DNA from: an uncultured delta proteobacterium
Lineage (GTDB): Bacteria; Myxococcota; Myxococcia; Myxococcales; Anaeromyxobacteraceae
NCBI GenBank assembly: GCA_963845515.1
Contig: CAWJSR010000055.1
Span: 96,001 to 160,000 of the forward strand
DNA: 64,000 nucleotides
Direction: 5' to 3'
The notes beneath the pieces were generated by a model. That model was not told where the DNA came from, searched no databases, and saw only the letters and a list, made by a program, of their open reading frames with translations. The translations under genes were made by a program, and so were the position numbers. Below are positions 10,026 to 20,361 of this stretch, piece after piece (the stretch's first letter is position 1; the number at the start of each line of letters is the position of its first letter).

Positions 10026-11636
10026 TCAGCGGCGCGTGGCGATCGAGCCGAGGATGAGGTTGCGCGCGTTGTGGAACTCGACCACCGGGAGGTCGTCCTC
10101 GTAGGCGCCATCGAACGTCGGCGGGCGCGAGGCGGCGTCGGACAGGGCGACGGCGAAGCGCCCCTTGGCGTCGGGCGTGGCGTTCTCGGCGAGGCTGGCC
10201 ACCTGGTCCTCGACGGGATAGCGCTCGGCGTTGGAGCCGACGAGCACGACGTCGTCGCCCGGGACCCTCCAGGCGGTCACGTGGCGAAAGTTCTTCGCGA
10301 AGGCCCTCAGGACGCGGCTCATGTCGGTGTCTTCCATCAGTGAGAAGTCCACCCACACGCCGATGACTCCCGAAGGCGAGAGTTGGTCAGCAGCGATGGA
10401 GAAGAACTCACTCGTCAGCAGCGCCGCCGACCCCTCCTCCACCGCCCATGACGGGCTCACGACGATGAGGTCGTAGGGCTCACGGTGGACCAGCAGGTGG
10501 TTGCGGCCGTCGGCGTGGAAGTGCTTGATGCGCGGGTTCTTGAACAGCTCCGGGTTCAGGTATCTGCGGTTGGCCTCGATGATCCCTGCGCTGATCTCGA
10601 CCGAGTCGATCGTCTCGATGGGGGTCTCGGCGAGCGCATGGAGCGTGTGACCGGAGCCCAGGCCGATGTTGAGCGCTCTCTTCGCGGGCTTGATCAGGCG
10701 GCTCGTGAACCACGGGAGGCGGGCCAGCAGCGCAAAGGAGGGCGTCTCGCCAGCCTCCAGCTTGCTGCCGTTCACGAGGGTCAACTCCGCCCCGGCGCCG
10801 CCGCGCAGGAGCCAGACCTCGCCGTCGATGCCGTCGTCGTGGAAGAGCACCTGGGCGCCCCCCCCGCTGCTCGCGACCCGCTCGGCGAGCTCGGGCGAAC
10901 CGAACCTGTCCGCGTAGCCGTACGAGAAGGTCGGCGCGGCCGGGGCGTTGAACCGCAGCGCAGCCATGACCGCGATGGCGGCCCCGGCAGCGGCGATGCC
11001 GCCCTCCCGCGCGCGACGCTGCAGGAGGAGGATGGCGAGGGCGTTCACGACGTTCAGCACGCCGGCGATCACGGCGGTCTTCGTCACGCCGATGAGCGGG
11101 ATGAGCATGAAGCCCGCCCCGAGAGAACCGATGATGCCGCCGAAGGTGTTGATGGCGTAGAGCCGCCCCGCCTGCCGCCCGGGCTCGCCGCGCCACTCGG
11201 TGAAGAGCCGCACCGTCAGCGGGAAGGTCATCCCCATGAGCGTCGTAGGGACGCCCATGAGCAGGAACGCGATGATGAACTGGACGGCGTAGAACGCGGT
11301 GAACGACTCGTGAAAGGCGTAGTAGCTGGAGATGTAGAGCGGCGTCAGGCTGCGCATCAGCGGCGCGACGACGAGCCCGGCGACGCCGATCCCCAGCTCG
11401 CAGAGGGCGAAGGCGCGTACGGGATCCTTCACCTTCCTGGACGCGACTGCGCCGAGCCCGCCGCCGACCGAGAGCCCCGCCATGAAGGCCGCGAGCATGG
11501 TCGAGAGGGCGTAGGTCGACGAGCCCATGACGGTCGAGAGGGTCCGCGTCCAGACGACCTCGAAGATGAGGGCTGAGGCGCCGGAGAGGCCGAAGGCGAG
11601 GAAGAGCGTCGGGCGGAGCAGGGGTCGCTTGGGCAT
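10026..11636 (-). CDS. Fused membrane domain / spermidine synthase-like protein
   Basis: SGASALIFEVVWTR, LYAINTFGGIIG, then SAM-binding IGLGSG, VEIS, DGR, YDLI. Confidence 0.85.
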   Translation of the reverse strand: MPKRPLLRPTLFLAFGLSGASALIFEVVWTRTLSTVMGSSTYALSTMLAAFMAGLSVGGGLGAVASRKVKDPVRAFALCELGIGVAGLVVAPLMRSLTPLYISSYYAFHESFTAFYAVQFIIAFLLMGVPTTLMGMTFPLTVRLFTEWRGEPGRQAGRLYAINTFGGIIGSLGAGFMLIPLIGVTKTAVIAGVLNVVNALAILLLQRRAREGGIAAAGAAIAVMAALRFNAPAAPTFSYGYADRFGSPELAERVASSGGGAQVLFHDDGIDGEVWLLRGGAGAELTLVNGSKLEAGETPSFALLARLPWFTSRLIKPAKRALNIGLGSGHTLHALAETPIETIDSVEISAGIIEANRRYLNPELFKNPRIKHFHADGRNHLLVHREPYDLIVVSPSWAVEEGSAALLTSEFFSIAADQLSPSGVIGVWVDFSLMEDTDMSRVLRAFAKNFRHVTAWRVPGDDVVLVGSNAERYPVEDQVASLAENATPDAKGRFAVALSDAASRPPTFDGAYEDDLPVVEFHNARNLILGSIATRR

Positions 11637-11934
11637 GTGACAGGTCCAGGGCGCGCAGGCTACACTTGGGTACTGCCCTGCGGCAACTGGGCACAGGTGG
11701 GTTTAGCGTCTACCCCTCCTTCGACCCAGGGCCAGAGCGCGCCCAACGACCGGTCGAGTCGCCATCGCGCGAGGCGCTCCGGGGTCGCGCGCTGGCCGCA
11801 CGCAGGGTAAACGACCGTGGACCTGATGCAGGCGCTCTCACCGAGGGGAGTCCGCCCGCGCTGGCGTTGCCGCCAGGGAGACCGGGAGGTATGTTTCGCG
11901 CCCCGAGTCGTGATGCCCATCGCGATCGGCTCTA

Positions 11935-13290
11935 ATGCGGATAACGTTCGTCTTCCCACCCCTCGGACACGCCGGCATCCAGGACGCGAGCATGCCGCTC
12001 GTTCCACCCGTGCTGGAGCACCTGGCAGGGCTTGCGACCAGCCTGCGGCCAGACTGGGACGTCCGAATCGTGAACGCGAACGTCGAGCCCTGCGATCCGG
12101 GCGGCCTCGACGCGGACGTCGTCGGGGTCAGCATTCTCACGCACCAGGCCGGCTGGGCGTATCGACTCGGAGACGCGCTGCGCGCCAGGGGCGTCCGCGT
12201 ACTCTTTGGAGGGCCCCACCCCTCAGTGCTTCCGGACGAGGCGGCACCGCACTGCGACGCCGTCGTCACAGGGGAGGCAGAGGGCATCCTCGACGCGGTG
12301 TTCTCCGACCTGGAGCGGGGATCGCTGCGTCCCCGGTACGACGGCGGGTTCGCTGCGTTGGACCGCGTCCCGTATCCGCGGCGCGACCTCGCGAAGGGGG
12401 TGTTCCATTCGTTCTTCACGTCGCGGGGATGCCCCCACTCGTGCGACTTCTGCGCGACGCCATTCCTCCACGGGAAGCGGGTGAGGTATCGCCCGATCCC
12501 GGAGGTCGTCAACGACCTCGCCAGCTCCGACCACAAGACGTGGTTCTCCACCGACGCGGACGCCTGGGGACCCGACGTCGACCGCTACACCGCGCTGTTC
12601 CGCGAGATGGCGGGATCGGTCCCGGGGATTCGCTGGGTCGGAGAGGCCGGAAGCCTGTCGCTACAGCATCCGCGCAGCGACGAGCTCCTGAAGTGGGCGC
12701 GCCGCTCCGGCCTCATGCAGGTCTGGATGGGCTGGGAGAGCTTCAGCCCCGAGGTGCTCGCCGCGTACGGCGCGACCTCCAAGTCCGCGTCCGACCGGGA
12801 GGACGCGCTGCGCCGGATCCGGGACGCCGGGATCGACGTGGTCCTGTTCCTCATGCTGGGAGCGCCTGACGAGCCGCTGGAGGAGTTCCAGCGGGTGCTG
12901 GAGGTCTGCGACCGGCTCCGCGTCACGCCTCATCCCGTCATGGTGGTCCCCTACCCCGGCACCGTGCTGTACGAGCGCTACGAGAGCGTCCTCCCCCGGG
13001 GGGAAGGCTGGGACCGCTTCGACGGTCTGCACGCGATCCTCCCGCAGCGCGACGGTGGCTACGCGCGCCGGGAGGGGCTCCTGAAGGATCTGTGGGTGGA
13101 GTCATTCACCTACCGGCGAATCTTCGACCGCTTGAGGAGCCTCTCGTGGCGGGGCTTCCCGTACGCGCACGTGGCCTCCGGCATCGTCCAGTTCGCCCTG
13201 CGCAAGGCGTTCCGGGCACACGTCGCCAACGCCGCCGCCCCGACCGCCGGAGCGCCCGTCACCCGGCTGCCGGGAGGGCACCCGGGGTGA
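11935..13290 (+). CDS. B12-binding domain / radical SAM protein
   Basis: LFGGPHPS, FTSRGCPHSCDFC, VPYPGT. Confidence 0.9.
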   Translation: MRITFVFPPLGHAGIQDASMPLVPPVLEHLAGLATSLRPDWDVRIVNANVEPCDPGGLDADVVGVSILTHQAGWAYRLGDALRARGVRVLFGGPHPSVLPDEAAPHCDAVVTGEAEGILDAVFSDLERGSLRPRYDGGFAALDRVPYPRRDLAKGVFHSFFTSRGCPHSCDFCATPFLHGKRVRYRPIPEVVNDLASSDHKTWFSTDADAWGPDVDRYTALFREMAGSVPGIRWVGEAGSLSLQHPRSDELLKWARRSGLMQVWMGWESFSPEVLAAYGATSKSASDREDALRRIRDAGIDVVLFLMLGAPDEPLEEFQRVLEVCDRLRVTPHPVMVVPYPGTVLYERYESVLPRGEGWDRFDGLHAILPQRDGGYARREGLLKDLWVESFTYRRIFDRLRSLSWRGFPYAHVASGIVQFALRKAFRAHVANAAAPTAGAPVTRLPGGHPG

Positions 13291-13329
13291 ATGCCGCGCG
13301 TCGCCGACGATGGGTTCCGCGGGCGTCGA

Positions 13330-13491
13330 CTACCAGATCGGATAGACGAACGGCGCCAGTGAGGAGCTCGCCACCCACACCGAGAAGGCCGCCGCAACCA
13401 GGAGCACGAGGAGGATTGGTAGGAGCCAGAAGCGCTTTCGGACCCGCAGAAAGCGCCAAAGGTCAGTCAGGGTCTCCAGGAGAGTATTCAT
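13330..13491 (-). CDS. DUF5989 / SxtK-like small membrane protein (53 aa)
   Basis: Manual translation MNTLLETLTDLWRFLRVRKRFWLLPILLVLLVAAAFSVWVASSSLAPFVYPIW; too short for ORF track. Confidence 0.8.
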   Translation of the reverse strand: MNTLLETLTDLWRFLRVRKRFWLLPILLVLLVAAAFSVWVASSSLAPFVYPIW

Positions 13492-13499
13492 GGCAGTCG

Positions 13500-14639
13500 T
13501 CAGGGAGAGATCGCGCGGAGGATCTCCTCCGCGACGAGTTGGTGGCCCGCCGGGCTCCAGTGGATGTCGCCTGGGATGAAGAGTACGCCGCTCAGCGACT
13601 TCGTCCCTCCCGACCCGGACGCCGTGCGGGTGTCGCCCGCCGTCGCGTCCAGAAAGACCGGGAAGAGATCCATCAGGCCGACGCCGTTACGATCCGCGAC
13701 ACCACGCCAGAAAGCGGCCCACTTCGGCGCCCTGGTCGCGATCTCGACGTGGAACGGATGCGGAAAGATGACGAGCGTGGCACGGATCCCGCGCGCCTTG
13801 CACAGGTCCAGCACCCCTTGAACGTAGGCGTCGAGGTGCCCGAGGGCCCGCCGTCCCCACCGTTCCTGAACCCGGGCGTCGAACATCTCGTACATCTCGT
13901 CGTCAAGTCGACTGGCCGTCGCCAGCCGTTCCCGCTCCCGGTACCGGACGAGCGCCTGCCATGCGAGATCGGCCACGAAGGACCGTCGACGCAGCGCCTC
14001 CCACGTTCGACCGGGCCTCGGCGGCTCTCTGTAGGGAGGCTTCCCCGGCTCCCACTCCTCGAACTCGATCTCGTTGTGCGCGTCGGACGTGTCGATGAAC
14101 ACGAACAGGTCGTCCACCTTCAACCCGACCTCTTCGAGGAGGTACTTCAGCCTGTAGTAGTAGAGCTTCGGGGAAGCACCCGAGACCCCCACGTCGAGGA
14201 CGTCGTAGTGCTCCCGTCCGAGCCGGCGGTCCACGATGCCGACGAAGGTGTCCTCGTACGGCACGCCGATCCCCTCGACGAACGAGTCTCCCAGGAAGAC
14301 GAGTCTCCGCTTGGGTGTGTACGCCGGGACGTCGCGCTCGTCGGCGTCCCGAAGCCCGAGCCGGTTCGTGATGACTGGATAGGTCTGGCCTGGCGCGCCC
14401 CAGCGCTCCATGAACCGCACGCCTGGCCCGAAGCCGTGGTGGTACCGCGCGTCGTACCGCCGGGCGCCGTTGCGGTCGATCCCTCTCAGGCGCTCGGCGT
14501 CGACTCCGGGGCGCGGCAGCAGCGCGCCGGCGACGAGGTCCAACGCCACGAGCAACACCATGAAAGTCGCGAAGAGCGAGGCGCGCGGCCACCGCTCGAA
14601 TCGGCTCGGAGTGACCAAGCCTCGCCTATCCGGGTCCAT
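13500..14639 (-). CDS. SGNH/GDSL hydrolase family protein, membrane anchored
   Basis: NRLGLRD, FLGDSFVEG, DIHWSPAGH. Confidence 0.85.
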   Translation of the reverse strand: MDPDRRGLVTPSRFERWPRASLFATFMVLLVALDLVAGALLPRPGVDAERLRGIDRNGARRYDARYHHGFGPGVRFMERWGAPGQTYPVITNRLGLRDADERDVPAYTPKRRLVFLGDSFVEGIGVPYEDTFVGIVDRRLGREHYDVLDVGVSGASPKLYYYRLKYLLEEVGLKVDDLFVFIDTSDAHNEIEFEEWEPGKPPYREPPRPGRTWEALRRRSFVADLAWQALVRYRERERLATASRLDDEMYEMFDARVQERWGRRALGHLDAYVQGVLDLCKARGIRATLVIFPHPFHVEIATRAPKWAAFWRGVADRNGVGLMDLFPVFLDATAGDTRTASGSGGTKSLSGVLFIPGDIHWSPAGHQLVAEEILRAISP

Positions 14640-16830
14640 CGAAGTCCGACGGAGTGAACGCATGCTCACGGACGATCCAGGCCGGCGCAGCCGCCCGCCG
14701 GGGCTCGAACGCCACGTCGCCAGCGCCAGCGGCCCGCCGGAGCCATGCGATAGGGGTGAGTAACAGGAGGAACATCACGGAGAATCCGACCCGCCTGCCT
14801 CCCGCACCGATCGCTCGCGCGACAGCGTCCAGGCCAGCGACGATGGCGCGGGCCACCCGCGGGAGCGCCACGCCCGCGAGTAGAAGCACGGGGGCGACGA
14901 CACTGGCACCGTGCCACCTGACCCCGAGCCCCGCCAGGATCACCGTCACGACCCCGATCCGCTCGAGGTCGCGAGTCCGCACCGACGTGTCATCTCCGCG
15001 GCTGCCCCTCGCCTGCCCGCTCCCGATCTTCCACGGCGACATGAACGCCGGCTGCTGGTCCTTTCGAAAGAGGCAAGGCCCCATGACGAGGGCGTCCAGC
15101 TCGGTCCCCATGAAGCACCTGTAAGCGTCCTCCGGCGTGGTCACGATTGGCTCTCCCGCCACGTTGAAGCTCGTGTTGACCAGGACACCGCACCCGGTCG
15201 AGGCCTTGAAGGCGTCCAGCACCGCGGCGAAGACCGGGTTGACCGTACGTGACACGGTCTGGATACGCGCGGAGCCATCGACGTGCGTGACCGCCGGGAT
15301 GTCCGAGCGGGCCCCGTCCCCCGGAGCCGACGGTCCATGGCGGTGCACCTCCGCGACCGGCGCGGTGAGCAGCATGTACGGCGACGGACGATCTATGTCG
15401 AACCACTCGCGCGCATCCTCCGCGAGGACCGCCGGCGCGAACGGCCTGAACCCCTCGCGGTGCTTCACGGCGGCGTTCAGGCGCTGCTGCATCTCCGGAC
15501 GACGAGGATCGGCCAGGATCGAGCGGTTCCCCAGCGCGCGCGGTCCCCACTCGGCGCGCCCCTGGAACCACCCAAGCACGTTCCCGTCGGCCAGGAGGCC
15601 GGCCGCCGCCACGGCGGCGTCGGAGGCAGAGGCGAACCGCTCGAAGGGAGCGCCGAACCGGCGCGCGCAGCGCTCGATCTCCTCCGGCCCAAACGACGGG
15701 CCGAGGAGCGCCCCCTGCATCGCGTCGCCCGTCCCGGCGCTTCGAGGCGCTCCAAGGGCGACGTGATGCAGCGCCAGCGCCGCACCCAGGGCGCCCCCCG
15801 CGTCTCCCGCGGCCGGCTGGATCCAGATGTCCTCGAACAACCCGGCATCCAGGATCCGCCGGTTGGCGACGCAGTTCAGGGCGACTCCCCCGGCCAGGCA
15901 GAGCCGGCGCGACCCCGTGAGGCGGAGGGCCTCGCGCGCCATCCTCACGAGCGCCTCCTCGGTCACCCGCTGGGCGGCGAGCGCGAGGTCCCCGTGCTCC
16001 GCCTCTATCGGCGCGCCCGGGCGCCGCCGCGCCATTCCGAAGAGGGTCGCCCACTCGGCCTCGTCGATGGTCCTCCGCTCCTCGAGGAAGCGGAAGCGGC
16101 GCACGTCGAGCGCGAGCGCCCCGTCGTCCCCGACGGAGAGGAGCTCGGTCTCGATGACCCGACGGAAGCGGCGGAACCGATCGGAGGACTCGTCACCATA
16201 CGGCGCGAGCCCCATCACCTTGTACTCTCCGTCGTTGACGTCGAACCCGAGGAACCAGGTGATCGCCGAGTAGAAGAGCCCGAGGGAGTGCGGGAAGTGG
16301 AGCTCGCGCGCGACCGAGAGGGACGCGCAGTGCCCATGGCCGATCGAGGCGGTGGCCCATTCGCCCACGCCGTCGACGGTGAGGACGGCTGCCTCCTCGA
16401 ATGGGGACGGGAAGAAGGCGCTCGCGGCGTGGGAGAGGTGATGTTCAGAGAAGTAGAGGCGGGTCGCGGGAGCCGTGTCGCCGATCCTCGCGAGCTCCTC
16501 GCGGATCAGGAAGCGCGGGAGGAGCATCGGCCTCAGCGCCGCCGGCACGCCCGAGACGAACGCGCGAAGGCCGCGCGGGGCCACGGCATGGAAGCTCGCC
16601 ATCAACCGCTCGAACTTCAGGAGCGGCTTGTCGTAGAAGGCCACGGCGTCGATGTCCGAGAGATCGCGCCCCGCGTGGTCGAGGCAAGAGCGGATGGCCT
16701 GCGCCGGGAAGGAAGGATCGTGCCTCCTGCGGGAGAAGCGCTCCTCCTGCGCGGCGGCCGCAACCACGCCGTCCTCCAGGAGGACCGCCGCCGAGTCATG
16801 GTAGTAGGCTGAGATCCCGAGGATGCGCAT
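14626..16830 (-). CDS. O-carbamoyltransferase (NodU/CmcH/SxtI family) with C-terminal SxtJ-like membrane extension
   Basis: MRILGISAYYHDSAA, EHHLSHAASAF, DGVGE, EYKVMGLAPYG, GPRALGNRSIL, NTSFN; hydrophobic tail ending FLLLTPIAW. Confidence 0.9.
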   Translation of the reverse strand: MRILGISAYYHDSAAVLLEDGVVAAAAQEERFSRRRHDPSFPAQAIRSCLDHAGRDLSDIDAVAFYDKPLLKFERLMASFHAVAPRGLRAFVSGVPAALRPMLLPRFLIREELARIGDTAPATRLYFSEHHLSHAASAFFPSPFEEAAVLTVDGVGEWATASIGHGHCASLSVARELHFPHSLGLFYSAITWFLGFDVNDGEYKVMGLAPYGDESSDRFRRFRRVIETELLSVGDDGALALDVRRFRFLEERRTIDEAEWATLFGMARRRPGAPIEAEHGDLALAAQRVTEEALVRMAREALRLTGSRRLCLAGGVALNCVANRRILDAGLFEDIWIQPAAGDAGGALGAALALHHVALGAPRSAGTGDAMQGALLGPSFGPEEIERCARRFGAPFERFASASDAAVAAAGLLADGNVLGWFQGRAEWGPRALGNRSILADPRRPEMQQRLNAAVKHREGFRPFAPAVLAEDAREWFDIDRPSPYMLLTAPVAEVHRHGPSAPGDGARSDIPAVTHVDGSARIQTVSRTVNPVFAAVLDAFKASTGCGVLVNTSFNVAGEPIVTTPEDAYRCFMGTELDALVMGPCLFRKDQQPAFMSPWKIGSGQARGSRGDDTSVRTRDLERIGVVTVILAGLGVRWHGASVVAPVLLLAGVALPRVARAIVAGLDAVARAIGAGGRRVGFSVMFLLLLTPIAWLRRAAGAGDVAFEPRRAAAPAWIVREHAFTPSDFDGPG

Positions 16831-16910
16831 GGTGTGAGGCGCTGCGGAGCCACTATACCCTCGACCGCCCACTCCTGCCGCTCGCGCCCAGGCTGCCCCG
16901 CGAAGACGGG

Positions 16911-19219
16911 CTACGGCGGGCCGACCTCCAACGGCCTGCGCCGGCGCCGCTCCCGCTCCGCAACGAGACCGAGCGCCGCGACCGCGGTGAGCCCTGCTGC
17001 GCTGATCCACCACCCGACACGTATCTCGATCGGATCATAGCGCATCACCAGCCGATGCCTGCCAGGCGGCCACGCGACCGCGCGCACCAGGAGGTCCGCG
17101 GCCAGGATCGGCGTCTCCGCGCCGTCGATCCACGCGCGCCAACCGACCCAGAAGGCGTCGTTGACGACGAGGAGCGCTGGGCCGGACGCCTCCGCGTCGA
17201 TCCGCACCTCCTCGCGCCCGCGCGCCGTCGAGAGGACCTTCCCCGGCGCGGTCGCGGGCGCGGAGGGAGCCTCGACGACCACCTCCAGGTCGGCACCTCG
17301 GCGGATCAACTCCTCCACGCGCGCGTGAGCGTCCTCCGGACGTCCCACCCCCGTCGCCCTGGCGGCGAAGAAGGCCCATGGTCTGTGCGGGATGGCCCAC
17401 ACCTCGAAGCTGCCGAGCGCCTCCTCGCGCTGCACGAACTCCCCCCCATCGATCGCGGCCGCCGCGGCCGCCTCGCTCTCGGCGTCGAACACCGGCGAAA
17501 TGAGGACGTGCGTGGCAGCGTAGCGCCGCGCCGCGCGCAGAAACCCGCCGCCGAGCGTGAGCTGGAGGTTTTCGCACCGGCGAGGCTTGAACCCACCACA
17601 CTCCTTCAGCGAGTCGACCCCGAACGCCACGTTGGACGCCGGGTAGAGATGCGTGCGCCACGCGAGCGCGATCGCATCGATGCGGTCCAGCCCTGCCCCC
17701 GGCTTGAGCACCTGCTGGTAAGGGTGCACCAGGCGGGGAGCAGGTGACGTCGTCTCCAGGCGCAACTGCGGGACGATCTCGCGGACCTCGCGAACGCCGA
17801 AATGGGCCGCCGTCGGGATGGCCGCGGCGGGGGCGCAGCACGTCAGGAGCGCGAACGCGGCCGTCCTCAGCCGCGGCGCCTTCACGCGGTCCATGGCGAA
17901 GATCGCTCCCGCGCCGATCAGGGCGTGCGGGAGGCCACGCACGAGGTTCGCGCGGACGAACGCCCGCTTCTCACCGTTCCCGTCGATCAGCGCCTCCATC
18001 GCCTCCGGGGCCAGGACCGCTACTGCGAGCGCCGCCGCCGCCCCGACCATGACGAGCCCCAGGAGCCACGTCGCCGCGCGCGGGAGGCGCCGCCTGCCGA
18101 TGACGTCGATCCCGAGCGCCGCCGCAGCGGAGAGCGTCAGCGTCAGCGGCGCGGTCAGCTTCTCGCTGTACCGGAAGCGGCTCCACACCGGGACCGCGTC
18201 GAGCATCTGGCGCGCGCCGAGGTGGTGCCCGAGCGCGAGCCAGAGCAGCACGGCGCAGGACACCGCCAGGAGCACGGAGACGCGCCGGCGCTCCGCGAAG
18301 AGGCCCATCGCGGCGCACGCGGTGAGCGGCAGTCCGACGTAGAGGCTCTCCGCGAAGCGGCCCGGCAGCGCGCTTCCCGCGGCCGGCTCGATCGGAGGTG
18401 CCGTAGTCAGCTGCCCGCGGGAGACCCCGGGACGATCCACTCCACCAGGCGCGCGGGCTCCAGTGGCCACTGGATCTTCTCCCAGGGCAGCAGGTCCACC
18501 CCACGATACGTGTACTGCAACTCCTTCCAGGTTGCAGCGATCTGCACCCCGGCGAGCAGCGTGCCGGCGAGCATCCCGGCGAGCGCACGGAGGAGCCCTC
18601 GCCGCCCTCCCGCCTCGGCGGCGAGCGCCAGGCCGAGCCCGCCCGCGACCAGCGTCGCCTGCGTGTCCCCCGAGTAGAAGGCCACGCACGTCGCCGCCGC
18701 CGTCAGCACCGAACCCCAGGCGTTTCCCCCCCCCGCGACGCGCGCCGCGGCCATCAGCCAGGGCATGCTCGCGACGCCGGCGAGGAAGACCGGGTTGCCG
18801 GTCATCGACACGGAGTAGCCGGAGAGCGCGAACGCAAGCCCGCCGCCCGCCGCCGCGGTGGCGCTGCAACCGAGCGCCCGCGCGAGCGCAAACGCGCCGA
18901 GCGCCGCCATGACGAGGTAGCCAAGGAGCAGGGCGTCCATGGAGCGGGGCGCCATCGCGGCGCCGAGCAGGGACACGGGGTGCAGGACCGAATGGATCCC
19001 CTCGGCGAAGAGCGGCTTCCCCCCGCACTCGTGAGGATTCCAGAGGGGCAGCCGCCCCTCGCGGAGCGCGTCGACCACCAGAGGCCGGAGCGGCGCATAG
19101 AGGAAGTCCGTGTCGCGCCGCGAGAGGGTCCGGTGACCAAGGGTCGCCGGCGCGAAGACGAGCAGGACGACCGCGGCGATGCCCGCCGCCCACGCCGCGT
19201 GCTCGCGCCACCGGCTCAT
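16911..19219 (-). CDS. YfhO-like membrane protein (putative GT-C); one frameshift near 18415
   Basis: PLWNPHECGGKPLFA in ORF 18407..19333; C-terminal GWRAWIDG..LVRAVAWPPGRH..MRY in ORF ending 16911. Confidence 0.8.
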
Positions 19220-20361
19220 CGCAAGGGCGCTCGCAGGCAGAGCGGCACGGCCGTCGCGGCGACCGCGGCGGCGTAAGTCCAGGCCAACCACTTTCCCCGA
19301 CGCAGGCGCGACGCCGCCGAGTCGACGGACCACGCGACGACCACCCAGGCGAACGGCAGCACCATCGCCGCCCCCTGGAACGCCGCCCGTGACCCCATCG
19401 CCACGAAGGGCGCGTACGCGCAGCAGAGCAGCCCCAACGTGAGCAGGACGGATCCCTCACGCCGGTCCACAACGCGCCAGCAGAGCGCGGCGAACGCCGG
19501 GAGGGTCGCCAGCCACGAGAGCGGGCTCGACCGCCCGCCATGCCAGGGCTGCACGAACCAGAGCAGCGGGCTCACGTCGACGGCCACCGGGTTCCCCACC
19601 CCCGCCCCTCCGAGCGCCGCCCGCCCGCGCGCGGGAAGCCAGAGCCAGTCCGCCAACGACGCGCCGCCCCTGACGAACGCCGGGGCGTACGTCGCGAAGT
19701 AGATCGCGAGAGGAACCGCGAGGAGCGCGGCCGCGATGAAGAGCCCTTCGGCGGCTCGGACCGCGGCCCCTGCGCGACGGTCCGAGAGCCGCGTCGCGGC
19801 GGCGTAGACCACCACGACGCCGATGGGAGCCGCGACCAGCAGGCTCGCGGAGAGCGCGAGCCCGAGCAGGGCCCCGGCGACGATCGCCGCAGCGCTTCGC
19901 CCGCCGTCGAGATGCTTGAGCACCACGGCCACCCCGGCCAGGAGGAAGAAGGCCGCGTGGACCTCCACCGCCCCGCCGCGGGAGAGGGCGACGTGGAGCG
20001 GATCGACCGCGACCAGCAGCGCGGCCAGTTGCGCCGCCTGGTCGGAGGAGGAGAGCCGTCTCGCCAGGAGCGCCACGAGCACTATCGTCAGTGTCCCGAG
20101 GAGCAACCCCGGCGCCCTCGCGCCGGCGACGCCTCCGAAGATCCTCTCCGACCCCCACGCCAACGCAAGGGGCAACGCCCCGGTGTGCAGCGGCACGGGG
20201 ATCCGCCCCTCCTCGACGAAGCGGCGGGCGGGCTCGAGCCCCGCGGCGGATGCGGCTGCGGCCGCGCCCGCGAAGCCGAGCCACCGCAGCGCTCCGCCCA
20301 TGACCGTGATGCCCGCGATCCCGGAGGCGAACGGGCCTGGACCGCTCCGCCAATCGGTCAT
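19216..20361 (-). CDS. PMT-like (GT39) membrane glycosyltransferase, divergent
   Basis: ARAPGLLLGTLTI, VDPLHVALSR, multiple TMs; coupled to neighbours by ATGA overlaps. Confidence 0.6.
   Translation of the reverse strand: MTDWRSGPGPFASGIAGITVMGGALRWLGFAGAAAAASAAGLEPARRFVEEGRIPVPLHTGALPLALAWGSERIFGGVAGARAPGLLLGTLTIVLVALLARRLSSSDQAAQLAALLVAVDPLHVALSRGGAVEVHAAFFLLAGVAVVLKHLDGGRSAAAIVAGALLGLALSASLLVAAPIGVVVVYAAATRLSDRRAGAAVRAAEGLFIAAALLAVPLAIYFATYAPAFVRGGASLADWLWLPARGRAALGGAGVGNPVAVDVSPLLWFVQPWHGGRSSPLSWLATLPAFAALCWRVVDRREGSVLLTLGLLCCAYAPFVAMGSRAAFQGAAMVLPFAWVVVAWSVDSAASRLRRGKWLAWTYAAAVAATAVPLCLRAPLR

Noticed and set aside
13330..16830. Saxitoxin biosynthesis cluster
   Set aside because: Only the widespread sxtIJKL-like module is present; there is no sxtA/sxtG-type core gene.
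18400..18430. Selenocysteine or programmed recoding at the TGA in the YfhO-like gene
   Set aside because: The protein continues in a different frame, so this is an indel and not read-through.
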